Shown here piece after piece: positions 7,657 to 17,190 of a stretch of 64,000 nt of DNA. Made by a program: the position numbers and the translations under genes. The number at the start of each line of letters is the position of its first letter. Positions within the stretch are counted from its first letter, which is position 1. The notes below the pieces were generated by a model. That model saw only the letters and a program-made list of their open reading frames with translations, ran no database searches and had not been told where the DNA came from. This DNA is from Kiritimatiellia bacterium (lineage in GTDB: Bacteria; Verrucomicrobiota; Kiritimatiellia; RFP12; UBA1067), in contig JBMNFY010000008.1 in NCBI GenBank assembly GCA_050949565.1, positions 96,001 to 160,000 on the forward strand. The letters are read 5' to 3'.

Positions 7657-9348
7657 ATGACCACAAAAACACGTATCATTCCCGCACTGCTCCTTTCCGC
7701 CATGCTACTGCCTCTCTCGGTGTCCGCCTACACCTACACCGTCAGCAACGGCAAGGCCACCATCACAAAATACAATGGCTCCGGAGGTGACGTCTCCATC
7801 CCTTCCTCCCTCAACGGCTATTCTGTCACCTCTATCGGCTACAAAGCCTTCTCTAGTTGCTCCTCCCTGACATCCGTCAACATCCCAGACAGCGTCACTT
7901 ACATCGGGTCTTACGCCTTCTCAGCCTGCACATCCCTCACCAATGCCACCATCGGCAACAGCGTCACCTACATCGGTGAATACGCCTTCGACTACTGTCC
8001 CGCACTCACCTCCGTCATCATACCAGACAGCGTCACCTACATCGGTAGTCGCGCTTTCCAGCAATGCTCCTCTCTGACATCCGTCAACATCCCAGACAGC
8101 GTCACCCACATCGATGTAGGCACCCTCCAGCAATGCTCCTCCCTGACATCCATTACCATCCCAGACAGCGTTACCAGTATCAGCGCGGGTGCCTTTTCCG
8201 GTTGCACTCTTCTCTCCTCCGTTCTTTTCACCGGCAACGCCCCGACCATCTATAAGGACGCTTTTGAGGCCACTCCTGCCACCCTCTATTACTTCCCAGG
8301 TACATCTGGATGGGGCACCAGCGTCGCCGGTCGTCCTGCCAAACCCCTGCTCTCATATGACGAAAAGAACGGCGGTGCCACGATTACCAGCATAGACACT
8401 TCCTTCACCGGCAACTATGTGCCTCTCCCCCCAAAACTCGCCGGTCTCCCCGTTACCGCCATCGGCTCCTCCGCCTTCCGCTCCTGCATCGACCTCACCT
8501 CCATCACCCTCCCCGACAGCGTCACCACCATCGGACCTTATGCCTTCCACGGTTGTACGTCCCTCACCTCCGCCAACATTCCGGACGGTGTCACCAGCAT
8601 CGGCACCTACGCCTTTTACAATTGCCATTCGCTTCAAGAGGTCACCCTTCCTGACAGCGTCACAACCATCGGCGACTATGCCTTCGCCTTCTGCTCATCC
8701 CTTTGGGACGTGATCATCCCCGATAACGTCAAACGCATCGGACGCGGGACGTTCTCCGGCTGTTACAGCCTCGAATCCGTCACCCTCCCGACCGGCATCA
8801 CAGCCATCGGCGATGACGCCTTCTCCTACTGCGCCTCTCTCACCGCTATCGCCCTCCCCGACACGCTCACAACCATCGGCGACTATGCCTTCACCGGTTG
8901 TGATTCGCTCTCCTCCGTCACCATTCCTGCAGGCGTCACGTCAGTCGGTGACGACGCCTTCTCCTTCTGCGACTCCCTCACCTCCGTCCTCTTCACCGGT
9001 GACGCCCCGGACATCGGCACCTACGCCTTCGACAACACCCCCGCTACGCTCTACCATCTTCCCGGCACAACCGGCTGGTCATGCCCCCCCGCCGGTTATC
9101 CCGTTGTCTGCTGGAATCCGGCCTTCAGCCCTGCGTCACCGCCGCGCTTCGATTCCGGTGCGTTTTCTTTCACGCTCACCGGCAACGCCGACCTCCCCGT
9201 CCGCATCGAGGCGTGCGACAGCCTTGCCGCCCCGGTCTGGGCACCCGTCAGCGACACCACCATCCCCGCCTCCGGCACCCTCGACTTCACCGACCCCGAC
9301 GCCGCCTCCCGTCCCTCGCGCTTCTATCGTGTGCGCTTCCCGCAATAA
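7657..9348 (+). CDS. Secreted BspA-type (LRR_5) leucine-rich repeat surface protein
   Basis: Signal peptide; 23-aa IPDSVTxIGxxAFxxCxxLTS repeats in two blocks; C-terminal ..FTDPDA..RFYRV domain. Confidence 0.92.
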   Translation: MTTKTRIIPALLLSAMLLPLSVSAYTYTVSNGKATITKYNGSGGDVSIPSSLNGYSVTSIGYKAFSSCSSLTSVNIPDSVTYIGSYAFSACTSLTNATIGNSVTYIGEYAFDYCPALTSVIIPDSVTYIGSRAFQQCSSLTSVNIPDSVTHIDVGTLQQCSSLTSITIPDSVTSISAGAFSGCTLLSSVLFTGNAPTIYKDAFEATPATLYYFPGTSGWGTSVAGRPAKPLLSYDEKNGGATITSIDTSFTGNYVPLPPKLAGLPVTAIGSSAFRSCIDLTSITLPDSVTTIGPYAFHGCTSLTSANIPDGVTSIGTYAFYNCHSLQEVTLPDSVTTIGDYAFAFCSSLWDVIIPDNVKRIGRGTFSGCYSLESVTLPTGITAIGDDAFSYCASLTAIALPDTLTTIGDYAFTGCDSLSSVTIPAGVTSVGDDAFSFCDSLTSVLFTGDAPDIGTYAFDNTPATLYHLPGTTGWSCPPAGYPVVCWNPAFSPASPPRFDSGAFSFTLTGNADLPVRIEACDSLAAPVWAPVSDTTIPASGTLDFTDPDAASRPSRFYRVRFPQ

Positions 9349-9364
9349 CCTGAGCGTTTTTTTT

Positions 9365-9622
9365 CACACGGAGGCACGAAGGGCACAAAGGATTTGTGAT
9401 TTGTGATCTAGGAGCCGCAAGTCGCAAGTCGCGGGTCAACCTCTCTTGTTGCGGCCACGCAGTGGCCCGCAACCGTGAGAGTAAAAGCGCTGCTCGGGTT
9501 TTGAAACCGCCAAGACGCCATGAACGCCAAGGGCACCCCTAGTTTTCATGAAGTTTCATGTGTTTCATGGTTTCATTTTCATACTTCGGCGTTGGACGTT
9601 CTACGTTCAGAGTTCAGCGTTC
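9365..9622. repeat. Mosaic repeat cluster containing the second copy of the 88-bp direct repeat
   Basis: 9414-9501 matches 5873-5960 with 6 mismatches by hand; 9543-9572 is the exact reverse complement of 55943-55972. Confidence 0.85.
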
Positions 9623-9630
9623 ATTCCGTC

Positions 9631-11307
9631 TTATTTTTCCGGCACGAACAGGTTCAGCAGCACGCCGGGGCGGATGCCGAAGAAGGAGGCGCGCTTGCCG
9701 CGGCCGAAGCGTTCGTCGGCCACGTCGCCTTGATCGGCGGCAGCGACGACGATGGTCGGTTGCAACTCTGCCGGGATGTCTTCCACGCGATTCCAGTACC
9801 CCACGTTGCGGTACTTACGCAGATACCACGGCAGCGGCCAAGTGTCGGGTGTGGGCACGGCCAGCGCGATCAGGGTATCGGTGCCCTCGGCCTGCTTCGC
9901 AGCGCGTTCAATCTCGGCCACCAGATTCATCGCGTCGGTGCCGGTGTGGGCATAGACATACGGGTTGCGCGGATCGGCCGGCATCTTGAAACACGCGCGA
10001 TGCGCCTGCATCACATGATGCCGCACCAGCACGGCGACGCCGAACAGGATGGCCAACTTTCCGCATAGATGCACTGCCGCGGGCAGCGGCCCCGTACGCT
10101 GGCCATCGGTCCGCGAAAAGGCCTTCCAGCACACTCCGATACCCACCCCGGCGAGCAGGATGAAGCCGTGCAGGAACGAGAGCGCGCACCATGGCGTCTT
10201 GTACGGGATCGCGCTGTAGAGCGCCGTCAGGGCCAGCGTGTAGACCGCCAAAAAACGCACCCAGCGCTGACGGCCCCGGGTCTCTTTGCTCGCCGCACTG
10301 TGCCGCCGAAACGGCAGGATGGACAATAGGATCGCCAGCGCCGCCGGCAACAACAGGCCGGCCTCGCTCCAGACAGGCCCACGTCCATATTTGAACCAGA
10401 AGATGATCTTCAGGTAAAAATTCCAGGGGTGCTGATGCTCCGGCACCGCTGTGGCCCGCGTGTGATAGGTCTGGTAGGTCGAGAAGAGCGCATCGTAGAC
10501 ACCACGCGGATAGGTGAAGAACGAGGAGTATAAGAGCACGGCCACAAACGCCGCCACACCGACCGCCACCAGCGCATCACGCGTACGCCACGCGCGCCAC
10601 AGCCCGCCGAAGCCGCAGGCCGCGACCATCGCCACCGCCGCAGCGGCGAATGAGAGCACCACCGTCTCTTTGGTCGCAGCGGCCAGACCCGCGAACGCGC
10701 CGAAGGCCGCAGCCCAGACTAGAGTTTCTGGTTTCTGGTTTCGGGTTTCGGGTTTCGGGTTTCGGGTTTCGGGTTTCGGGTTTCGGGTTTCGGGTTTCGG
10801 GACAGAGAGTGCCGAGGCATAACGCACGGCGCACAACAGCATGCCGGTCAGGAAGGTGATCAGCATCGACTCCTGAATGAAAAAGCGGTTGTAGTAGACC
10901 ATCGCCGGGGACACGACGGTGAGAAGCGCAGCGCTGTAAAGTCCGACCCGGTTGACGAACAGGCCGTGCCCGTTCGCGCATGAGCCCAGTCCCAACATCA
11001 GCAACAGCGTCAGCAGGCTGAACGTCACCGGCACCAGGCGGAAGTTCCACTCGGTCGTCTCGGCGAAGGTGTCCGCCGAAGCCCGGCAGAAGGGCCAGGC
11101 CGCGAAGTAGAGCGTCGGCCCGTGGTGGTCGGCGGGATCGTAGTGGTAATACCCCTGATCCAGCAGCAGCCCGGTCCGCACCGCCTGATTGGCCTCGTCG
11201 CCGTGCATCGGCCGCTGGTCGAGGCGCGGTACACGCAACACCAACGCGCCGATGATGATCGCGGCAACCGCCGCCCAACCTAACACGCGTGACAAGGCAT
11301 ATGTCAT
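9631..11307 (-). CDS. GT-C membrane glycosyltransferase (GT39/PMT_2, TIGR03663-like)
   Basis: RPMHGDEANQA..YHYDPADHHGPTLY luminal motif, many TM segments, YKTPW motif. Confidence 0.8.
   Translation of the reverse strand: MTYALSRVLGWAAVAAIIIGALVLRVPRLDQRPMHGDEANQAVRTGLLLDQGYYHYDPADHHGPTLYFAAWPFCRASADTFAETTEWNFRLVPVTFSLLTLLLMLGLGSCANGHGLFVNRVGLYSAALLTVVSPAMVYYNRFFIQESMLITFLTGMLLCAVRYASALSVPKPETRNPKPETRNPKPETRNQKPETLVWAAAFGAFAGLAAATKETVVLSFAAAAVAMVAACGFGGLWRAWRTRDALVAVGVAAFVAVLLYSSFFTYPRGVYDALFSTYQTYHTRATAVPEHQHPWNFYLKIIFWFKYGRGPVWSEAGLLLPAALAILLSILPFRRHSAASKETRGRQRWVRFLAVYTLALTALYSAIPYKTPWCALSFLHGFILLAGVGIGVCWKAFSRTDGQRTGPLPAAVHLCGKLAILFGVAVLVRHHVMQAHRACFKMPADPRNPYVYAHTGTDAMNLVAEIERAAKQAEGTDTLIALAVPTPDTWPLPWYLRKYRNVGYWNRVEDIPAELQPTIVVAAADQGDVADERFGRGKRASFFGIRPGVLLNLFVPEK
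10724..10800. repeat. Intragenic heptamer tandem repeat (GTTTCTG)2(GTTTCGG)9
   Basis: 11 units over 77 bp; encodes PKPETRN repeats on the minus strand. Confidence 0.95.
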
Positions 11308-11311
11308 CTCA

Positions 11312-14300
11312 TTATCTCCTCGGCCCCACTCCCGGCAGGCCGACCGGCCCTTGCTGCATCATCTGTCGCAGAATCGGCTCCGCCACCTGACGCAACATAG
11401 GGTTTTCTTGAATCCGTTGCAACGCTTGGGATTTGCCCAATTCGATCGCCTTGCGCAATGCGTGCTGCATCTGCTGTTGCTGTTGGCGCATCGCGCAGAG
11501 CGTCGCCATATCGAGCCATGCGCTCCAGTCATCCGGGCGGAGCAGCAGATAGCGCGAAAGCGGCACGATCATCTTGTCCGGCTGGCCGGCCTCGCCGTAC
11601 ACCCGCACAATCTCCATAAGCTGCTCAGCGGAGGCGGTGGACGGCAGGCGCGCCATCACATTGTCCATCACCTTGGCCGCGTCCGCATGTTTCTTGACGC
11701 TATTCAGCAGCGTACCGATTTCGAACAGCCGTTCGACCGGAAGATTGGGTAGCCCCGCCAATTGGTTCAGGTAGGTGGCCGCCGATTCATTCTGCCCCAA
11801 CTCGCGGTAAGCCATAGCCAACTCAAAGGCGTCATCTGGCGAGAGCGACTTGTCGGCCTGTGCTTTGGCGGTCAGTTCGCGCACTTTGGCTTCGGTCTCG
11901 CGCACGCGGCGGATAAACGCCACAAAGTCGAAGCCGCGCCCGTTGTTGGGGTCGCGCCGATTGTACTCATCGAGAATGTCGATCGCCTCGGCGTAACGCG
12001 CCTGACGCAGCAGCACCTCTTGGATCAGACGGAAGTTCGCCTCCGGGCTGACCGGATAGAGCGTTCGCGCCTCTTGGAAGGCCCGCTCGCTCTCGCCCAG
12101 CATACCGCGCGCTGCGTAGAGGCCGGCGATCGCACTGCGCAGTTTGGAGAACGACTTCTGAGCGGGCAGGTCACGCCGGAATTTCGGCGAGCGCAACAGG
12201 TGACGCGTATACCAATCCCAGAACATCATGTCGTCCTGCATGGTCGTGCGGTCGATCGGCGTCTTCTCGGAGTTGATCTTCATGATCAGCCCGTGCGGCG
12301 TGAGATACGGGAACATCCAGTTGATGACGTAGCTCTCTTCGATATAGAAAGCGTGACGCGCCTTGTTCTTCTGGAAGATCATGTCGCACAGGATGCCGTT
12401 GATCTCCATCACGCCCAGCGCGCCGCTGACTTGCACGCGTCCGTTCTCAATCGTCAGATCGGCGTTCTTGGGACGCTTGCCCGCCTGCACCTCGTCGACA
12501 TAAATCTGGAAGGCGCGCGCGCTGTCGTCCGGCGTCGGTATCCAGATGGGGTTGCCGTACAGATCGCGCATGGTGTTCATGTAGGTGTTGTCGGCCAGCG
12601 CGTTCTGCGTGATCAGAAAGACATCGGGCCGCACCTGCGCAGAGTAGATCATGTAGGTGGGCACGAAGCGTCCGGGATCGGTGCCGCCGAAAAAGATAGC
12701 GTTGGGCTCCATCTCGGGCGGGAAGAGCGGGTTGGGCAACGGCTCTTCGTCGGCATCCAACTCCTCCATGATCGCATCCGCGCCGCGCAACTGGTAGTTG
12801 CCGAACTGCCAACCGAAATCGTGGCCGTTCTGCTCCGCGCCGCTCATCGAGAAGACCAGATACTCGTTGTTGTAGTTTTCGTAGATCGGGATGGTTGCAA
12901 TCAGCAACCCCGCACACAGCATCCCGATGCGCAATGGCTTCAGCATCGACTCGGGCAGCGTGCCGCGCTTGACCAGAGCCTTCAGCAGACGGTTGCCGAT
13001 CGCCAGACCAAAAACAAGACCGTAACCGATCCAGATCGCGAAAAGCGCGTGCGAACTGATGAACTTGACCTTCTGGATAAACATGTCCTGCAGGTCACCC
13101 TTGATGTTGGCGAGCACCACGAGCAGCACGCTCATGACCAAGAAGCCGGCCGCCGTGGAGATGAGCCATTGCTGCGTGACCATATCCATGTCCGAGCGGA
13201 AATCAATCGTTTTCTCGGCCCACCTGCGGAATAAGAACCAGCCTGCGGTAATCGCCGCCAGGATAACCAGCGACAAGGCCAGTGCGCCGACCTTGGCACC
13301 GGTCCCCGGATCCGCACCCGGCCCGGACATCATGCTGAGGATGCCCTTGGCCACGAACAGCCAGACAATCGCCGCCACGCCAGCCAGCGTGATGCCGGCT
13401 GTCAATCCCTCCGAAAGATTGTGCGACTGCCAAGTACGGCGCGCAAACTCCTCGACCTGATTGAACGTGATCGTGACCGCCCCGACCAACAACAGCAACA
13501 GAATACCCGCAATGAGGAGCTTATCGAGGCGCAGGAACGGCTCGCCGCCCATAACCTCAGAGATCAGCACCAGCACACAGGTCAGCAGATAGAGCGCACT
13601 CGCCGCATACACCGCGCGGACACGCCGGTCGCGGACCTTAAAGCTCCAGAGCGTGAAGGGAAGGAAGCCCAGCGTGGCCGCGATCAAGGTGAACTGCACA
13701 CGCAAGTCGGTGAAGTAGGTACCAAGCTGGAAAAGGAACTTCTTGGTAAAGACATCAGAAGGTGCCAGCTTCTCATACTGACCGCGCGTAATGGCGTGCT
13801 TGAATCCTTCCCATGTGCGCGGATAGCCCCAATTCATCGGCGGATTGCGCAGGTCCGAGACAATCGGCATGTAGATGTAGAACGACACGCCCAACTCGGC
13901 GAAGAGCGTGGTCAACGCCACACTGCGCCCGTTCGGCAGCGTCAGCCACGCCAGTCCGATAATGGCGAAGTCCCAGAGCACGCCCCACCAGAACCACCAG
14001 GAGGTCGGATGCGTCAGACCGTTCATGCCGCCCTTGCGCAACAGCACAAAGACAGAGAGCTGCACCGCCGCCACGGGAATTGCGTAAAAGAGGCCGCGCG
14101 GCACAGTCGAGCCCAGCAGGAAGAGCACCGCCAGGCCGCCTAGCAGCGCCACCGTCGGCAGCGTCCAGTTGAACGGCTGTCCTGCATACCCATACGGCAT
14201 CGTCGCACCCTTGATGGCAGAGAGCCGGAAAAAGAGGATCAGTAGCATCGCGCACGCCGGAACCAGCCAAGTCAGTACGGCTTTATCATTGAGCTTATCG

Positions 14301-15454
14301 CGATAGGCATACGCGCCGCCGATGCAAAACGCAATCACCAGTACGATCAACCCCGCCACGCTGGTGTAGACCGAAGACGCGAAGAGCGGCAGGTCGGTCG
14401 CCGCCGCCACGCCGGTCTTGGCCGCCCCCATCGAGAAGAAGACCAGCAGCGCGCCGAAGGCCGTGATGCCCGCGCCGATCGCGCCACCATGCGGCGCCAC
14501 GCCGCTGAGAAATGCGAGGTGCCGTTTCACCACGCCGCCGTTCTTGCAGTTCTTCAGGATCAGCGCCACCGCCAGCCCCAAAAACACGCACACCGCGCCG
14601 GCCACAAGCAGCGTCATCGAGGGCACCGCCACCGTACCCGCAACGCCGGGCGTCACCTTCGCGTAGGCCGGACCCGCCATGCCGGGCTGCGCCGGCATCA
14701 TCGCACCGATCTGCAGGACGTGCGCGCTCAGCAGGATCGGTATGCCGACCATGATGAAGTCGCGGAACAGGGCAATATCGCGCAGGAAGATCACGACCAC
14801 CAGCGGCAGCGCGGCCAACAGCAACACCTGGTAGTTGGTGAGGCCGAGCCCGAAGACAAAGGCGGTCAGCCACAGGATTTTATCGGAAGGACGCCGCATC
14901 CAGCGGTAGGTCAGCAGGAAAATCCACATCAGGAAGAAGGCGTTCAGCGTGTACACCTCCACGATCGTGGCCTGCGACCACATGACCGGGCTGAAGGCGA
15001 ACACCAGACTGCCGCCCACACCGCCGACCCAGCACAACACATTGTTGCGCGCCGGATCAATATCCTCGTCATCGTCATGCGCGTCGCGCAGCATGTCGGA
15101 GGCTGAGCGCGTGATCAGCATCGCCGTGAAGCCGGCCGCAAACGCGGCGAAGACCGCCGACATCAGCGAAATGCTCCACGCCGGCGTAGGCTGTCCCTGA
15201 TAGGTCACCCAACTGAAGAGGCGTGCAAACACGTAGGCGCACATCGTCCAGATCGGATAGCCGGGCGGATGCGGCACGCCCAAGTGGTCGCCCGCCACCG
15301 CCAACTCGCCGGAGTCCTCCAAGGTCACCGACGGACCCAACGTGAAGAAGTAGACCAAGAACGAGACCAGCGTCGCGGTCCAGAAGGCAGTCCAGTCCAC
15401 CCGTCGGAAAAAAGCCCCCTCGCGGGAGTCATCCGAAAACAACTTTTTGATCAT
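11312..15454 (-). CDS. DUF2723 / TMEM260-like membrane glycosyltransferase with C-terminal TPR-like repeats
   Basis: SVTLEDSGELAVAGDHLGVPHPPGYP and WSQATIVEVYTLN motifs; many TM helices; helical-repeat C-terminus. Confidence 0.85.
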   Translation of the reverse strand: MIKKLFSDDSREGAFFRRVDWTAFWTATLVSFLVYFFTLGPSVTLEDSGELAVAGDHLGVPHPPGYPIWTMCAYVFARLFSWVTYQGQPTPAWSISLMSAVFAAFAAGFTAMLITRSASDMLRDAHDDDEDIDPARNNVLCWVGGVGGSLVFAFSPVMWSQATIVEVYTLNAFFLMWIFLLTYRWMRRPSDKILWLTAFVFGLGLTNYQVLLLAALPLVVVIFLRDIALFRDFIMVGIPILLSAHVLQIGAMMPAQPGMAGPAYAKVTPGVAGTVAVPSMTLLVAGAVCVFLGLAVALILKNCKNGGVVKRHLAFLSGVAPHGGAIGAGITAFGALLVFFSMGAAKTGVAAATDLPLFASSVYTSVAGLIVLVIAFCIGGAYAYRDKLNDKAVLTWLVPACAMLLILFFRLSAIKGATMPYGYAGQPFNWTLPTVALLGGLAVLFLLGSTVPRGLFYAIPVAAVQLSVFVLLRKGGMNGLTHPTSWWFWWGVLWDFAIIGLAWLTLPNGRSVALTTLFAELGVSFYIYMPIVSDLRNPPMNWGYPRTWEGFKHAITRGQYEKLAPSDVFTKKFLFQLGTYFTDLRVQFTLIAATLGFLPFTLWSFKVRDRRVRAVYAASALYLLTCVLVLISEVMGGEPFLRLDKLLIAGILLLLLVGAVTITFNQVEEFARRTWQSHNLSEGLTAGITLAGVAAIVWLFVAKGILSMMSGPGADPGTGAKVGALALSLVILAAITAGWFLFRRWAEKTIDFRSDMDMVTQQWLISTAAGFLVMSVLLVVLANIKGDLQDMFIQKVKFISSHALFAIWIGYGLVFGLAIGNRLLKALVKRGTLPESMLKPLRIGMLCAGLLIATIPIYENYNNEYLVFSMSGAEQNGHDFGWQFGNYQLRGADAIMEELDADEEPLPNPLFPPEMEPNAIFFGGTDPGRFVPTYMIYSAQVRPDVFLITQNALADNTYMNTMRDLYGNPIWIPTPDDSARAFQIYVDEVQAGKRPKNADLTIENGRVQVSGALGVMEINGILCDMIFQKNKARHAFYIEESYVINWMFPYLTPHGLIMKINSEKTPIDRTTMQDDMMFWDWYTRHLLRSPKFRRDLPAQKSFSKLRSAIAGLYAARGMLGESERAFQEARTLYPVSPEANFRLIQEVLLRQARYAEAIDILDEYNRRDPNNGRGFDFVAFIRRVRETEAKVRELTAKAQADKSLSPDDAFELAMAYRELGQNESAATYLNQLAGLPNLPVERLFEIGTLLNSVKKHADAAKVMDNVMARLPSTASAEQLMEIVRVYGEAGQPDKMIVPLSRYLLLRPDDWSAWLDMATLCAMRQQQQQMQHALRKAIELGKSQALQRIQENPMLRQVAEPILRQMMQQGPVGLPGVGPRR

Positions 15455-15520
15455 AAGGTGTCTTTCCAAAAATCATTTATCCGGTAAGAGATTAATTTAC
15501 CGTTGAACCGTCTTTGCCGC

Positions 15521-15567
15521 AAGGACAAGTTTGACAAAGGACAAGTTTGACAAAGGACAAGTTTGAC
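15521..15567. repeat. 16-bp tandem repeat (AAGGACAAGTTTGACA) x3 in a divergent promoter region
   Basis: Two exact units plus one lacking the last base. Confidence 0.9.
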
Positions 15568-15654
15568 TCGACGTGAATCCCCTTCTTTTTGCATACTATG
15601 ACCTTTGACATCACAGGGCTTCGGCCCTGAACCTGTGCAAGAGAGAGATGGATA

Positions 15655-16671
15655 ATGAGTAAATCTGCTTCTATGTTTCTAGCTGGCATCATGACTGGGG
15701 TATTGATCGCCTGTATTTTGGGTGCGTTCGTAATCCGGCCTAAAGCCGGATCTAAAGCCGGAGGGCGCACCATCGTGATCAAACTCGCGCACGGGCTCGA
15801 CGAAGCGCATCCCGTCCACCAAGCCATGATCCTGATGAAGCAGCGTCTGGAGGAACTGACCGACGGCAAGGCCACCATCGACCTCTACTCCGGCGGCGTG
15901 CTGGGCGGCGAAACCGATTGCCTGGAGCAGGTGCAACGGGGCGAACTGGCCATGACCAAGGTCTCCACCGCAGCGCTCGAAGCCTTTATCCCCGAGATGA
16001 AGGTCTTCAGCATCCCCTTCACCTTCCGCGACGAGAATCACTTCTGGACAACCCTGAACGGGGACATCGGCAAAAAGTTGCTCGCGAAAGGTGCCGCGCA
16101 AAACTTCCAAGGACTCTGCTACTATGATTCCGGTGACCGCAACTTCTACTCGACCAAAAAACCCATCCGCACAATCGACGACGTCAAGGGCATGAAGATC
16201 CGCGTGATGAACAGCCGCACCGCTATGGACATGATCAACGCGATGGGCGGCAGCCCCTGCCCGATCACCTGGGGCGAACTCTATACCGCGCTGGCGCAGG
16301 GCACCGTCGATGCTGCCGAGAACAACCCGCCCTCGTTCGACACCTCGCGCCACTTCGAGGTCTGCAAATACTTCACCTTCACGGCGCATCAGCGCATCCC
16401 CGACATGGTGATCATGAGCACCAAGGTCTGGAACACGCTCCCGCAGGATGTGCAGGTGGCGTTGCAAAAGGCTGCGGACGAATCCGAGGTCTACCAGCGC
16501 AAACTCTGGAAAGAGAAGACCGAGCAATCTCTGGCGCTCGCCAAAGAAAAAGGCGTGGAACTCATCACACCCGAGCTTGACGGATTCCGCAAGGCTTGCG
16601 CCGGCATCATCCAGCATAAGGATTACGCGGACATCGTCCCGGTTTACAAGGCGATTCAGGAGGTGAAGTGA
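15655..16671 (+). CDS. dctP: TRAP transporter substrate-binding protein (DctP family)
   Basis: LAHG..HPVH, GMKIRVM, ELYTALAQGTVDAAENN motifs. Confidence 0.93.
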   Translation: MSKSASMFLAGIMTGVLIACILGAFVIRPKAGSKAGGRTIVIKLAHGLDEAHPVHQAMILMKQRLEELTDGKATIDLYSGGVLGGETDCLEQVQRGELAMTKVSTAALEAFIPEMKVFSIPFTFRDENHFWTTLNGDIGKKLLAKGAAQNFQGLCYYDSGDRNFYSTKKPIRTIDDVKGMKIRVMNSRTAMDMINAMGGSPCPITWGELYTALAQGTVDAAENNPPSFDTSRHFEVCKYFTFTAHQRIPDMVIMSTKVWNTLPQDVQVALQKAADESEVYQRKLWKEKTEQSLALAKEKGVELITPELDGFRKACAGIIQHKDYADIVPVYKAIQEVK

Positions 16672-17186
16672 TGGACACCTTGCAGAAAATCCGGCATGGC
16701 CTAGTCCGCTCGCTGGAAGTACTCATCATCGTCATGGTGGCCCTGCTGACGCTCACCGTCCTTTGGGGGGTCTTCACCCGCTTCGTGATGGGCCGCCAGG
16801 CGCAGTACACCGACGAACTGGCGCGCATGCTACTGGTCTGGGTCTCAATGATCGGTGCGGCACTCGCCTTCGGAGAAAAGGCGCATCTCGGCGTTGATTT
16901 CTTCGTCAACTACCTGCATGCGGAAGCGCGCAAAACGCTCAGCGTTGTCGTGCAGTTTGTCATCATCGCGCTGGCCATCATGGTCTTTATCTCTGGTGGC
17001 TGGAGTCTGGCCATGGCGCAGATGGGGCAGGAACTGCCGACCCTGCGGCCGCTGACGCGCGGCATGGTCTACCTGTCGCTGCCGGTCGCGGGGTGCTTCA
17101 TCACTTTGTTCGCGCTGGAGAATCTCATCGCCATCCTTAGAACCCCTGCCGACCAGATCGGCGCGCAAACCCAATCGGAGGGCTGA
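16668..17186 (+). CDS. dctQ: TRAP transporter small permease
   Basis: 4 TM segments, TDELARMLLVW..HLGVD; lies between dctP and dctM. Confidence 0.92.
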   Translation: MMDTLQKIRHGLVRSLEVLIIVMVALLTLTVLWGVFTRFVMGRQAQYTDELARMLLVWVSMIGAALAFGEKAHLGVDFFVNYLHAEARKTLSVVVQFVIIALAIMVFISGGWSLAMAQMGQELPTLRPLTRGMVYLSLPVAGCFITLFALENLIAILRTPADQIGAQTQSEG

Positions 17187-17190
17187 ACCC

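Noticed and set aside
5873-9501. Integron cassette array
   Set aside because: No IntI gene, and the repeats lack RYYYAAC...GTTRRRY attC boundaries
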